Shown here piece by piece: positions 49,908 to 59,253 of a stretch of DNA of 64,000 nt. The notes below the pieces were generated by a model that saw nothing but the letters and a program-made list of their open reading frames with translations, searched no databases and was not told the DNA's origin. The DNA is from an uncultured Alphaproteobacteria bacterium (GTDB lineage Bacteria > Pseudomonadota > Alphaproteobacteria > Rhizobiales > Hyphomicrobiaceae), in NCBI GenBank assembly GCA_963825625.1, contig CAWGUF010000019.1, positions 135,534 through 199,533 on the forward strand. Direction: 5' to 3'. Both the position numbers and the translations under genes were made by a program. Numbering within the stretch: the stretch's first letter is position 1; each line of letters starts with the position of its first letter.

Positions 49908-51977
49908 GTGTTGTCGATGCTCCGCTCTCTGGCTGCCGTGATCTTGGTGGACAATGGGGGCGGGTATCATTTGGCGGCGAGGAAGCTGGCCGGCGTGCGT
50001 CTTGATGGCCGACAGTGGTGGTTTCGGGTGGCAGCGCCTGTGCTGGCTGCGTTGCTGGTGCTGGGATCGGGCTCGAGGATGCCGCTTGCGCAAATGCCGC
50101 CGGCCGGGCCGGCACAATCTGCAGATGTGCCGTCGCCGAACAACGGCACTCCCGGCGTTCGGGCAGTTGACGCGCCGGGGGGTGCCAAGCAGGCCGCTCC
50201 AGCAAGCCCTGTGTCCCTTGCAAGTCCTGGGTCCCCCGTTGAAGCTGCCGTCGCGGTTCCGCCGCGCCCGGAAGGGGTTATTGCAGCCAAGGCGTATGGC
50301 ACATTGGAACGGCATTGCGCCCGTTGCCATCAGGCGGGATTACTGGGCAGCGCGGAAGCCGGCGGTGGTATCGCCAATATGCTGGCGCTGGAGGAAATCG
50401 CTCGCGATCCAGCGCTGATACGCCCTGGCGTGCCGGATGCCTCCGGGCTTTACCTCTCCATTCTGGCCAATCGAATGCCGCCGGATTCGGGTCACGCCGC
50501 GGCAGAAGAGTTGAGGGGGGATGAGCTACAGGCCTTGCGCGACTGGATCAACGAGTTGCCGGTAGAGGCGGGCGCGCGGTGCGCCGGCCGCAAGCGGGTG
50601 GCTCCGGACGAAATCGGGCAGGTGCTCAGCAGTGTCGTCAGCGCGGCCGATCCCGCGACGGCTGAGCGGCTTCGCTTCATCTCGCTGGCCCATCTTCATA
50701 ACGCGTGCCTCGAGCGCGAGGCGATCGAGGGGTTCGTTCAAGGGGTTCGGGTGCTCATTGCCGGTTTCGGGCGGTCTGCCGGACCTGGATCGGTCAAGCG
50801 AATCGGGCCGGGCGGGGCCATCCTGGTGCTCGATCTTGCCGAAGCCGGCTGGGTGCCAGCGCAGTGGGAGGTGCTGGCAGCGGCCGACGCGATGAGGTCG
50901 CTGCCGGTTGGTGCGGTCTCGGAGGCCGTGCGGGAGGCTACTCAGTCGCGCTGGCCATTGCTGGCCGCCGACCGGATGGCGCACAACGCCTTGCAGGGAC
51001 GCGTGCGAGATATGCTGCAGGACCTTGCAGCGCAGTCAGGGCATGGTTCCGGTTCGGCGTCGCTTGGCGGCAGGCAGGCTGTGCTCGATGCCGGCAATCC
51101 GCAGATGCCTGCTCAGATGGTGCGGCTCGGTCTCGACCCCAAGCTCAGGATCTGGGGGCTGACGCCGTTGGGAGCGCTTGGTCACGCCTATCGGCGGCCG
51201 GCCGATCTGCGGCGCGCAGCGGCTGACTTTGGCATTGAGCCGGAGCAGTTGTTCAAGAACCTCAAGTCTCTGGACGGGGCCGATGCATTGACGGCGGGTC
51301 TACTGCGACAGGGCGTGGCCAGACGGGCGGATGTGGAGCGACTGCTCGTGCGGCTCGCGGCGAGGGAAGGCCCGCTGGCTGGCAGCCCAGCCCAATCGCC
51401 GACAGTATCGATCATTATGCCGCCATCGCCAGACGGGCCTTCGCCGGGGGATGCACAGCCATTCGACCTCGCCGTCTGGGGCGATAAAAATGACTACGCG
51501 GTCGGTGATCCCGTCGTGCTGCATGCGCAAGCGGGGTCCGATTGCTATCTGACGCTGATCGGGGTGGACAAGGACAAGCGCGCCATCGTGCTGTTTCCCA
51601 ATGACTTCGAGCGCAACAACAAGCTTGCTGCCGGCCAGATCATGCGCGTGCCGGGCGCAGGCGCGGGCTACGCGTTCCGGTTCGACGACAAGGCGCGGGA
51701 GTTGATCGTGGGGATCTGCTCCAAGACCGCAAAGCCGCCCGATAGCATCGTGCATGATTTCGAGCGGCTGCGGTTTACCGTTCTGGGGGACTGGCAGATC
51801 TTCCTGCGCGAACCGCTGCTGCTTGGCGAGGCGGGCCGGGACGATGCTGCAACCGCCGTTCCCAGACCGAAGAAAAGGAACAGCAGGCGGGGCAGGAGCG
51901 CGAGGAAAGACGCGCCTGCCGCTCCGGTCGAACCCGCCGCGCAGGCGCGGGCAGCGTTCGTCGTCAACATCAGGTGA
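49908..51977 (+). CDS. large secreted/membrane-anchored protein with a single CxxCH haem-c motif and a C-terminal DUF4384-like domain
   Basis: Hydrophobic anchor WWFRVAAPVLAALLVLG; ERHCARCHQAG (CxxCH); C-terminal AVWGDKNDYAVGDPVVLHAQAGSDCYLTLIGVDKDKRAIVLFPN resembling DUF4384. Start codon uncertain. Confidence 0.5.
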   Translation: MLSMLRSLAAVILVDNGGGYHLAARKLAGVRLDGRQWWFRVAAPVLAALLVLGSGSRMPLAQMPPAGPAQSADVPSPNNGTPGVRAVDAPGGAKQAAPASPVSLASPGSPVEAAVAVPPRPEGVIAAKAYGTLERHCARCHQAGLLGSAEAGGGIANMLALEEIARDPALIRPGVPDASGLYLSILANRMPPDSGHAAAEELRGDELQALRDWINELPVEAGARCAGRKRVAPDEIGQVLSSVVSAADPATAERLRFISLAHLHNACLEREAIEGFVQGVRVLIAGFGRSAGPGSVKRIGPGGAILVLDLAEAGWVPAQWEVLAAADAMRSLPVGAVSEAVREATQSRWPLLAADRMAHNALQGRVRDMLQDLAAQSGHGSGSASLGGRQAVLDAGNPQMPAQMVRLGLDPKLRIWGLTPLGALGHAYRRPADLRRAAADFGIEPEQLFKNLKSLDGADALTAGLLRQGVARRADVERLLVRLAAREGPLAGSPAQSPTVSIIMPPSPDGPSPGDAQPFDLAVWGDKNDYAVGDPVVLHAQAGSDCYLTLIGVDKDKRAIVLFPNDFERNNKLAAGQIMRVPGAGAGYAFRFDDKARELIVGICSKTAKPPDSIVHDFERLRFTVLGDWQIFLREPLLLGEAGRDDAATAVPRPKKRNSRRGRSARKDAPAAPVEPAAQARAAFVVNIR

Positions 51978-52013
51978 GGCGGCGTCGCCGTGATCAGGAG
52001 GCCGGGCGGTGCA

Positions 52014-52448
52014 TCACAGCGCGGTCAGCTTGGCGAGCACGCGCACAGTGTACCACACTTTCGGCTTAACCTTGACCGGCTGGCCGTTCATCATCACGCC
52101 GAAGACGGCGTACTGCGAAACCGACATCATCTTGTTGCCGGCGACGAAGCGGCGGGCCTCGCCGGCTTCGGCGACGATCGCCTGGCCAACGGCGCAGGCA
52201 GTGGGGTCGTTTGCCCCGGCATTGGTCATGGCAAGTGCCACCTCGAGCGCGAGGCCATCGGCGAGATGGGCGCGATACACGCTTTCGGCTTGTGCGGCGG
52301 TGTCGCACCAGATGCCGGTGCTCAGCTGCAACGCCTCGGCGCTGGCCGTGGCCGGTGTCAGCGCTGCGGTGGACACCACTGCGGCGAACACCGTGCTGCG
52401 GAGTATGCGAGAAACGGATGCGTCGTTGAGCCTGGACATGACGTTCAC
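52014..52448 (-). CDS. small secreted protein of unknown function
   Basis: 144-aa ORF with signal peptide (LRSTVFAAVVSTAALTPATASA). No recognisable domain. Confidence 0.45.
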   Translation of the reverse strand: MNVMSRLNDASVSRILRSTVFAAVVSTAALTPATASAEALQLSTGIWCDTAAQAESVYRAHLADGLALEVALAMTNAGANDPTACAVGQAIVAEAGEARRFVAGNKMMSVSQYAVFGVMMNGQPVKVKPKVWYTVRVLAKLTAL

Positions 52449-52669
52449 CGGATGTTGCGGGTTGCCTTGTCGTAACGTGTGAGTGCATCATGCCGATCTA
52501 AATCCAAGCTCGCAGTTCCCGCCGAAACATAAGGCTTAGCGGGGGAAACGCGGTATTCCGCGTGGGGCTATTGCCAAGGCGCGAGTTCTCTCCTTAGGCT
52601 TGTCCGGGGTGCTCGCCGGGATTCCCAGTCGGTCGGCAGGCGCCATGTGCTGCAGAGTTTCAGGAGACG

Positions 52670-53668
52670 TTGCCGATGATGAAGGCCGCCAAGTCTGACA
52701 GCAGCCCGGCTGCAAAGCCGGGTGCGCGGCCTGCGACCAAGGGGGGGCGCAAGGTCATCATCACTTGCGCGGTGACCGGCGCGATCCATACGCCGACCAT
52801 GTCGCCCTACCTGCCGATCACGCCCCAGCAGATCGCGGACGAGGCCGTGGCCGCAGCGGAAGCGGGGGCGGCGGTGGTGCACCTGCACGCACGCAATCCG
52901 CAGGACGGGCGGCCGGACCAGTCGCCGGAGGCGTTCGAGCCGTTCCTCAAGGTGATCAAGCAACGTTCCGGTGTGGTGGTGAACATCACCACGGGCGGCG
53001 CGCCGACCATGGTTGTGGAGGAGCGTGTGCGGCCGGCCGCCACGTACAAGCCGGAGATTGCCTCGCTGAATATGGGCACGATGAACTTCGGCCTCTACCC
53101 CATGCTCGCCCGCTACAAGGACTTCAAATACGATTGGGAGAAGCCTTATCTCGAAGGCACAAAGGCGGGGATGTTCAAGAACACGCTGGCCGATATCGAG
53201 TACATTCTGAAGACGTGTGCGGAGAATGGCACGCGATTCGAGATCGAGTGCTACGACATCGGCCATCTCTACACGCTTTCCCACTTCGCCGAGCGCGGGA
53301 TCATCAAGCCGCCGTTCTTCATCCAGTCGGTGTTCGGCATCCTCGGCGGCATTGCTCCGCATCCGGAGGACGTGATCCACATGCGGCGTACTGCTGATCG
53401 CCTGTTCGGTCAGGACTACCAATGGTCGGTGCTGGGTGCCGGGCGCAGCCAGATGGCGGTTGCCGCGCAGGCGGTGGCCATGGGCGGAAATGTGCGCGTC
53501 GGGCTCGAGGATTCACTTTGGCTCGGCCCAGGGCAACTGGCCAAGTCGAATGCCGAGCAGGTTGCCAAGGTGCGCCAGATCATCGACGGGCTTGGTATCG
53601 AGATCGCAACGCCGGACGATGCGCGCGAAATTCTCGGCCTGAAAGGCGCCGACCAAGTGAATTTCTGA
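52670..53668 (+). CDS. 3-keto-5-aminohexanoate cleavage enzyme family (BKACE / DUF849)
   Basis: KVIITCAVTGAIHTP ... VVHLHARNPQDGRP and the TIM-barrel BKACE pattern; ~320 aa. Confidence 0.85.
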   Translation: MPMMKAAKSDSSPAAKPGARPATKGGRKVIITCAVTGAIHTPTMSPYLPITPQQIADEAVAAAEAGAAVVHLHARNPQDGRPDQSPEAFEPFLKVIKQRSGVVVNITTGGAPTMVVEERVRPAATYKPEIASLNMGTMNFGLYPMLARYKDFKYDWEKPYLEGTKAGMFKNTLADIEYILKTCAENGTRFEIECYDIGHLYTLSHFAERGIIKPPFFIQSVFGILGGIAPHPEDVIHMRRTADRLFGQDYQWSVLGAGRSQMAVAAQAVAMGGNVRVGLEDSLWLGPGQLAKSNAEQVAKVRQIIDGLGIEIATPDDAREILGLKGADQVNF

Positions 53669-53724
53669 GGGTGGCATCGCGATACGGCCCACCGGGCGAG
53701 AACAGCTGAACTGAGGAGAAGGGC

Positions 53725-54777
53725 ATGCGATGGGGTGTCTGGACACCGCTTCCCGCAACCGTCCAAACGGAGCCGGCTCTGGAGGCCGGTACCCGGCAAC
53801 TCAAGTGTCACGGCGGCGCGGGAGAGCCTGATCTGTCGTTCGCGTTCGCACGCGATGTGCTGCAGCGCGGGGAAAGCTACGGCTTCGATCTGACGCTGGT
53901 GGCGCAACGCTTTCTGGGGCCGGATCCCGACTGCATCGTGATGGCATCGGCGCTGGCCGCGCATACCTCGAAGATGCACGTCATGCCGGCCGTTCACCCC
54001 GGGATCATGACGCCGCACGTGGTCGCCAAGATGATGACGACACTCGATCGGCTGAGTGGCGGGCGCAGCGCTTTGAACATCATTACAGGCTGGTTCCGCG
54101 AGGAGTTCGAATTGTTCTCCAACGGCGCCTACATCGAGGACGAGGCGAGCCGATACCGGCGGATCGACGAATATGTCCAGGTGCTCAAGGGGCTGTGGTC
54201 GGAGCAGACTTTCAGTTTCGATGGCAAATTCTACAATTTCCGCGACGCCAGCCTGCCCAACCGGCCGGCGCAGGTGCCGCATCCGCCACTCTACACGGCG
54301 ACGCGCAACGAGCTTGGCAAGGACACCACCGCCCGGCATTGCGATGTCTGGTTCGTGCCGGTGCAGCCGGGGGTCGACAGCTACGAGAGCAATTTCACGA
54401 CGATTGCGCGCGACGTCGAGGACATGCAGCGGCGGGCCGCGCGCCATGGCCGGCAGTTGAAGTTCGCGATCGGGTGCTATGTCGTGTGCGAGGCCAGCAA
54501 CGAGGCGGCCTATCAGCGGGCACTGGAGTTCGAGGGGCGGGGCACCGACAACAAGCTCGCTTTCATCTCCGCGCGCGGGCTGGGTGCAGGTCTGGTGGGC
54601 ACGCCCGAACGTATCGCCCAACGGCTGCGCCGGTACGAGGACATCGGGGTAGACATTACGATGCTGCACTACAAGCCGATGCTGGCAGGGCTGGACAGAT
54701 TTGCCGCCGAGGTGATGCCGCTGATGCAACCATCGCGGGCGAAGGAGACGGCGGACGCCGCAGCGGCAACGCATTGA
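53725..54777 (+). CDS. LLM-class (luciferase-like) flavin-dependent oxidoreductase
   Basis: MRWGVWTP... N-terminus and the LNIITGW motif typical of the LLM family. Confidence 0.8.
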   Translation: MRWGVWTPLPATVQTEPALEAGTRQLKCHGGAGEPDLSFAFARDVLQRGESYGFDLTLVAQRFLGPDPDCIVMASALAAHTSKMHVMPAVHPGIMTPHVVAKMMTTLDRLSGGRSALNIITGWFREEFELFSNGAYIEDEASRYRRIDEYVQVLKGLWSEQTFSFDGKFYNFRDASLPNRPAQVPHPPLYTATRNELGKDTTARHCDVWFVPVQPGVDSYESNFTTIARDVEDMQRRAARHGRQLKFAIGCYVVCEASNEAAYQRALEFEGRGTDNKLAFISARGLGAGLVGTPERIAQRLRRYEDIGVDITMLHYKPMLAGLDRFAAEVMPLMQPSRAKETADAAAATH

Positions 54778-54874
54778 AACCGTATTTCGCTGGCCGGTAT
54801 GCGATGATCGCGTATACCTACGAGCGAGAGTGATCACACTCTATCCCACGGTTGCCTGACGGAAGGAGGCGACA

Positions 54875-56152
54875 ATGCCACTGGAAACCACACCGGCGCC
54901 CGGGCCTCGGTTGCGCGAATTGCCCGAGATCACGGTCGAGACGAACTCTGCCGAATACCTGGCTCACGCATCGCGCCAGGCGCTGCTCGAATACGACGAC
55001 TTTCCGCTGCTGGTGGATGTCGATGCGCATCTGCAGGAAGGGCGGTTCTGGCACGAGATCATCGAGCTCATCGACGACAAGGTGCTGCGCCACGCCGGCC
55101 AGGAAATGATCGCGCTGGGGAACCGGGCGGCGCTGACCAACGTGACGCCAGGCCTGCTCTACCAGTCGATGTCCGGCCGGGTGCCGCACCAGGTGGGCCC
55201 GCGCGAGAAGGTCGACGACCCGGCCACAGCGGGGCATCCGTTCGTGCAGATCGTCAGGCGCTCGATCGATGCCATGGGCATCGATTATCAGATGATTTTC
55301 CCGACGATCATGCTGAGCCTCGGCATGAATGCTGCAGAGAACCACGAGAGCGGCCTGGCGCGTGCCTACAGCCGCTGGCTGGCGGAGGTGGTGCTGCCGG
55401 AGGACGAGCGGATCCTGGGACTGGCCTATCTGCCGTTCAACGATCCGGAGGAGTGCGAGCGGATTGTGGCGAAGTATGCCGGTGTAGAGCGGATGGTCGG
55501 CTTCTCGATCTGCGCGGTGCGATACAGCCCGGTGCACCACAACAAGTATATGCGCCTCTACCGGATGATCGAGGAGAGCGGCAAGGCGCTGGTGTTTCAT
55601 GCCGGTCCTTACTGGCAGGACGAGTCGTTCAAGCAGCTCAATCGGTTCATCGGCATGCACGCACTGTCGTTCGTGCACTACAATCTCATCCACATGACCA
55701 ATTGGCTGCTCAATGCGCTGCCGGAGCGGTTCCCCAAGCTCAATGTGGTGTGGGTGGAAAGCGGGCTGGCGTGGATTCCGTTCCTGATGCAGCGTCTCGA
55801 CCATGAGGCCATGCTGCGGCAGAACGAGTGCCCCGGGCTGAAGCGGCGGCCGTCGGAGTACATGCGGGAGATGTACTACACCTCGCAACCAATGGAGCAG
55901 ACCGATCTGAAACTGCTGCAGGGCACCTTGGAGGCGATGAACGCATCGACGCAGCTGCTCTACGCGTCAGACTGGCCACATTGGGATTTCGATCCGCCGA
56001 GCTCGATCACACGGCTGCCGTTCCTGTCGACGCAGGACAAGCACAATATTCTCGGGCTCAACGCTGCGCGTGCGTTCGGGCTGCCGACCAAGCGCCTCCG
56101 GCCGCGCGCTGCCGACGTGCTGGCGCGGCGCGAGAAGGAGCTGGCACGTTGA
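54875..56152 (+). CDS. amidohydrolase-2 (ACMSD-like, PF04909-type) metal-dependent hydrolase
   Basis: His/Asp metal ligands in the characteristic order (DVDAHL..., ...HAGP..., ASDWPHWD), over 425 aa. Confidence 0.8.
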   Translation: MPLETTPAPGPRLRELPEITVETNSAEYLAHASRQALLEYDDFPLLVDVDAHLQEGRFWHEIIELIDDKVLRHAGQEMIALGNRAALTNVTPGLLYQSMSGRVPHQVGPREKVDDPATAGHPFVQIVRRSIDAMGIDYQMIFPTIMLSLGMNAAENHESGLARAYSRWLAEVVLPEDERILGLAYLPFNDPEECERIVAKYAGVERMVGFSICAVRYSPVHHNKYMRLYRMIEESGKALVFHAGPYWQDESFKQLNRFIGMHALSFVHYNLIHMTNWLLNALPERFPKLNVVWVESGLAWIPFLMQRLDHEAMLRQNECPGLKRRPSEYMREMYYTSQPMEQTDLKLLQGTLEAMNASTQLLYASDWPHWDFDPPSSITRLPFLSTQDKHNILGLNAARAFGLPTKRLRPRAADVLARREKELAR

Positions 56153-56448
56153 GCGATCAGCCGACGTCGCTGCGCCCGGAAGTGAACGGCTTCGTTGCGC
56201 TTGCGGAAGCGGCACGAGACACGCCCGAGGATACCACTCTGCTCACGGACGAGGAGCTGATGGCGGCAATGACGGCCGCCGTCAGGCTCTACGCCGCGCG
56301 GGCGGAGGCGCTGGAACGGTTCGCACCGCCGATCGACAAGTCGAAGGTGATGCCGACGGAGGCTCTCAGGGCCATCTCGGAGATGATCCGCACCATCGAC
56401 GTCAACATGTTCGATGTCTCGATGTGGCATGCGCGACAGGGCGGCTGA
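56149..56448 (+). CDS. small hypothetical protein (99 aa), probably translationally coupled to the amidohydrolase gene
   Basis: This is the C-terminal part of listed ORF 55828..56448. TTG 56149 overlaps the amidohydrolase TGA (cgTTGAgc); the alternative start is GTG 56182. GC-rich third codon positions throughout. The stop TGA is embedded in the palindromic element. Confidence 0.4.
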   Translation: MSDQPTSLRPEVNGFVALAEAARDTPEDTTLLTDEELMAAMTAAVRLYAARAEALERFAPPIDKSKVMPTEALRAISEMIRTIDVNMFDVSMWHARQGG

Positions 56449-56470
56449 AAATGGGGACAGCCCCATTTTC
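56447..56470. promoter_or_regulatory. perfect 24-bp palindrome GAAAATGGGGACAGCCCCATTTTC (copy 1)
   Basis: 9-bp arms AAAATGGGG / CCCCATTTT around the loop ACAG, flanked by G...C. It begins at the stop codon of the small ORF. It could equally be a bidirectional terminator, as an A-tract and a T-tract flank a GC stem. Confidence 0.7.
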
Positions 56471-56504
56471 GTCGGCTGTGGGATGCGCGTGCTGATTTGA
56501 ACTG

Positions 56505-56528
56505 GAAAATGGAGCTGTCCCCATTTTC
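56505..56528. promoter_or_regulatory. second copy of the palindromic element (GAAAATGGAGCTGTCCCCATTTTC)
   Basis: Same arms with one mismatch and the loop inverted (CTGT). It is 58 bp from copy 1 and ends 21 nt before the kynA ATG (a GGGAGG RBS lies in between). Confidence 0.7.
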
Positions 56529-56549
56529 GCGTTTTCGGGAGGCGATGCC

Positions 56550-57383
56550 ATGAGCGACGCCTATGATCCGGCCCGGGATGGCGCGCAGATGTCGTCCTCG
56601 GGCGGCATGAGCTACGGCGATTATCTCCATCTCGATGCGGTGCTCTCGGCGCAGCATCCGCGCAGTGCCGCGCACGACGAGATGCTGTTCATCATCCAGC
56701 ATCAGACCAGCGAGCTGTGGATGCGGCTGACGCTTCACGAGGTGGATGCGGCGCGCCAGACATTGCGAGAGGAGAATTTCCGGCCGGCGTTCAAGATGCT
56801 GACCCGTGTCGCGCGCATCTTCGACCAGCTCAACCTGAGCTGGAACGTGCTGCGTACGATGACGCCGAGCGAGTACACGCAATTCCGCGACCAGCTTGGT
56901 ACGTCGTCCGGCTTCCAGTCCCATCAGTACCGGCTGATCGAGTACGCTCTGGGCAATCGCAACACGGCGATGCTCAGGATCCACGAGCACCGGCCGGATC
57001 ATCACCGGCTGCTGACGGACGAGCTGGCGCGGCCGTCGCTTTATCACGTCGCCCTCGATGCCCTGGCCCGCGAGATGGGCCTGACGTTCGATCCGGCCGT
57101 CTATCGGCTGGATGGTCCGCACGTGCCGGATGAGGCTGTCCGGCAGGCCTGGACGCGGGTGTATCAGGATCCGCATACGCATTGGAACCTCTATGAGCTG
57201 GCCGAGAAGCTGGTCGATCTGGAGGACTATTTCCGCCGTTGGCGCTTCAACCACGTGACCACGGTGGAGCGCATCATCGGTTTCAAGCGCGGCACCGGCG
57301 GCACCAGCGGCGTGCAGTATCTGCGCAAGATGCTGGAAGTCGAGTTGTTCCCCGAGTTGTGGCAGCTGCGCGGGAGCCTGTGA
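56550..57383 (+). CDS. kynA: tryptophan 2,3-dioxygenase
   Basis: 277 aa with the TDO family pattern ([16 protein letters not shown]..., [16 protein letters not shown], haem-ligand region [17 protein letters not shown]). Confidence 0.9.
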   Translation: MSDAYDPARDGAQMSSSGGMSYGDYLHLDAVLSAQHPRSAAHDEMLFIIQHQTSELWMRLTLHEVDAARQTLREENFRPAFKMLTRVARIFDQLNLSWNVLRTMTPSEYTQFRDQLGTSSGFQSHQYRLIEYALGNRNTAMLRIHEHRPDHHRLLTDELARPSLYHVALDALAREMGLTFDPAVYRLDGPHVPDEAVRQAWTRVYQDPHTHWNLYELAEKLVDLEDYFRRWRFNHVTTVERIIGFKRGTGGTSGVQYLRKMLEVELFPELWQLRGSL

Positions 57384-57385
57384 CG

Positions 57386-58591
57386 ATGGCCGCCGGGACA
57401 TCCAGATCGCTGCCGATGAAGGAGCTGTTCGATCTGCCAGCGGGCGTCATCTATCTCGATGGGAACTCGTTGGGGCCGTTGCCGCGCTCGGTGGCTGCGC
57501 GCGTCGATGCGATGATCCGTGACGAATGGGGGGAGCGGCTGATACGCGGCTGGAACGAGGCCGGCTGGATGGATCTGCCGCGCCGGCTGGGCGATGCGAT
57601 CGGCAGACTGATCGGGGCTGCACCCGGCAGCGTGGTGACTGGCGATACGTTGTCGATCAAGGTCTATCAGGCGCTGGCGGCGGCGCTGGATCTGCGGCCT
57701 GGGCGCCGTGTCGTGCTTTCGGATACCGGCAATTTTCCCAGCGACCTCTACATGGCCGAGGGACTGATCGCGACGGCAGGCCAGCGTCACGAGTTGCGGG
57801 TTGTGGCGCCGGAGGATGTCGCGGCCGCAATCGACGAGAAGGTGTCGGTCGTCATGCTGACGGAGGTCGACTATCGCACCGGTCGCCGTCACGACATGGA
57901 GGCGATATCGCAGAGAGCGCGGGAGGCGGGAGCGGTCACCGTCTGGGATCTGGCCCATAGCGCCGGTGCGATCCCGGTCAACCTTGCCGGCTCGGGGTGT
58001 GAATTCGCTGTGGGCTGCACGTACAAGTATCTGAATGGCGGTCCCGGAGCGCCGGCCTTCATCTATGTCAGGCCGGATCTGATCGAGGGGGTGCGGCCGT
58101 CACTCGCGGGCTGGATGGGGCACGATGCTCCATTCGCGTTCGAGGCTGGCTATCGTCCGGCAGGCTCCATCGAGCGGATGCGCGTGGGCACACCGGCCGT
58201 GATCCAGATGACTGCGCTGGAGGAGGCGTTGAAGGTCTGGGATGGTCTCGACATGATGGATGTTCATCGTGCCAGCATCGAGCTGTCGGAGTTCTTCATT
58301 GCGCAGGCTGAGCAGCGCTGTCCAGCGCTTCGGCTTGTCAGCCCCAGGGACCCCGGCGCGCGCGGCTCGCAGGTCTCGTTCGCTTTCCCGCATGGATATG
58401 CTGCAATTCAGGCGCTGATCGAGCGTGGGGTGATCGGAGATTTCCGTGCGCCGGATATCATGCGATTTGGGTTCAGCCCGCTCTATCTGGATCGACAGGA
58501 CGTGACGCAGGCTGTCGAGGTGATGGCGGAGGTGCTGGAGGGGGAGCATTGGCGCGAGCCGAGGTTCCAGACGAAGCGCCGGGTGACTTGA
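57386..58591 (+). CDS. kynU: kynureninase
   Basis: ATG 57386 is 2 nt after the kynA stop. It has the PLP-fold kynureninase pattern (VIYLDGNSLGP, CEFAVGCTYKYLNGGPGAPAFIYV). ORF 57239..58591; start at Met50. Confidence 0.9.
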   Translation: MAAGTSRSLPMKELFDLPAGVIYLDGNSLGPLPRSVAARVDAMIRDEWGERLIRGWNEAGWMDLPRRLGDAIGRLIGAAPGSVVTGDTLSIKVYQALAAALDLRPGRRVVLSDTGNFPSDLYMAEGLIATAGQRHELRVVAPEDVAAAIDEKVSVVMLTEVDYRTGRRHDMEAISQRAREAGAVTVWDLAHSAGAIPVNLAGSGCEFAVGCTYKYLNGGPGAPAFIYVRPDLIEGVRPSLAGWMGHDAPFAFEAGYRPAGSIERMRVGTPAVIQMTALEEALKVWDGLDMMDVHRASIELSEFFIAQAEQRCPALRLVSPRDPGARGSQVSFAFPHGYAAIQALIERGVIGDFRAPDIMRFGFSPLYLDRQDVTQAVEVMAEVLEGEHWREPRFQTKRRVT

Positions 58592-58647
58592 CATCGGGGC
58601 GCATCAGGCTGTCCCAATCAGAGCGAAGTGGCAGGAGGAGACGCAAG

Positions 58648-59043
58648 ATGCCGGATACGCATGTAGGCAGAGCTTCCGATTTTCCCGATCCGGGGCGCAA
58701 GGTGTTCGAGATCGACGGGGTGGAGTTCGGCGTATTCAAGCTGGGGGGCGAATTCTTCGCCTATCTCAATAATTGCCCGCACCTCGATGGCCCGGTGTGC
58801 CAGGGGAAGATGCTGCCCCTGGTGCTGGAGGACGTGAGGCCGGACCTTACCAGCGGCGGCATGGTGTTCTGCGAGACGAACCAGAACATCACCTGTCCCT
58901 GGCATGGCATGGAGTTCGACATCCGCACCGGCCGGCATCCCTTCGACAAGCGCTTCCGGCTCAAGAGCCTGAAAGTGCGCGTTGCCGACGATGCGCTGTA
59001 CGTGGACGTGCCGCAAGGTCAACCACAGGCGCCGGCGGCCTGA
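58648..59043 (+). CDS. small Rieske [2Fe-2S]-domain protein (NirD/ferredoxin-like)
   Basis: CPH ... CPWH Rieske ligands (NNCPHLDGPVCQG ... ITCPWHGMEF). An AGGAGGA RBS precedes ATG 58648. Confidence 0.75.
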   Translation: MPDTHVGRASDFPDPGRKVFEIDGVEFGVFKLGGEFFAYLNNCPHLDGPVCQGKMLPLVLEDVRPDLTSGGMVFCETNQNITCPWHGMEFDIRTGRHPFDKRFRLKSLKVRVADDALYVDVPQGQPQAPAA

Positions 59044-59253
59044 TCGGATGTTCGCGTGGAGGGTGGCGTGACAGCGAAGCGTTAACGATAATGCGCGAGA
59101 CGAAAACGCGCACGCATGAATCGTGATCGCGGGTCTTTACAGCGACGGCGTTGGGGCTTATCTCCTGCAATTCGAAACCTGAACGTAGTGGCGGTCTCTG
59201 CTGGTCCTAGCAGCGCCTACTGGTTGAAACCCGACTGGTGGAGGTCCCATGAG

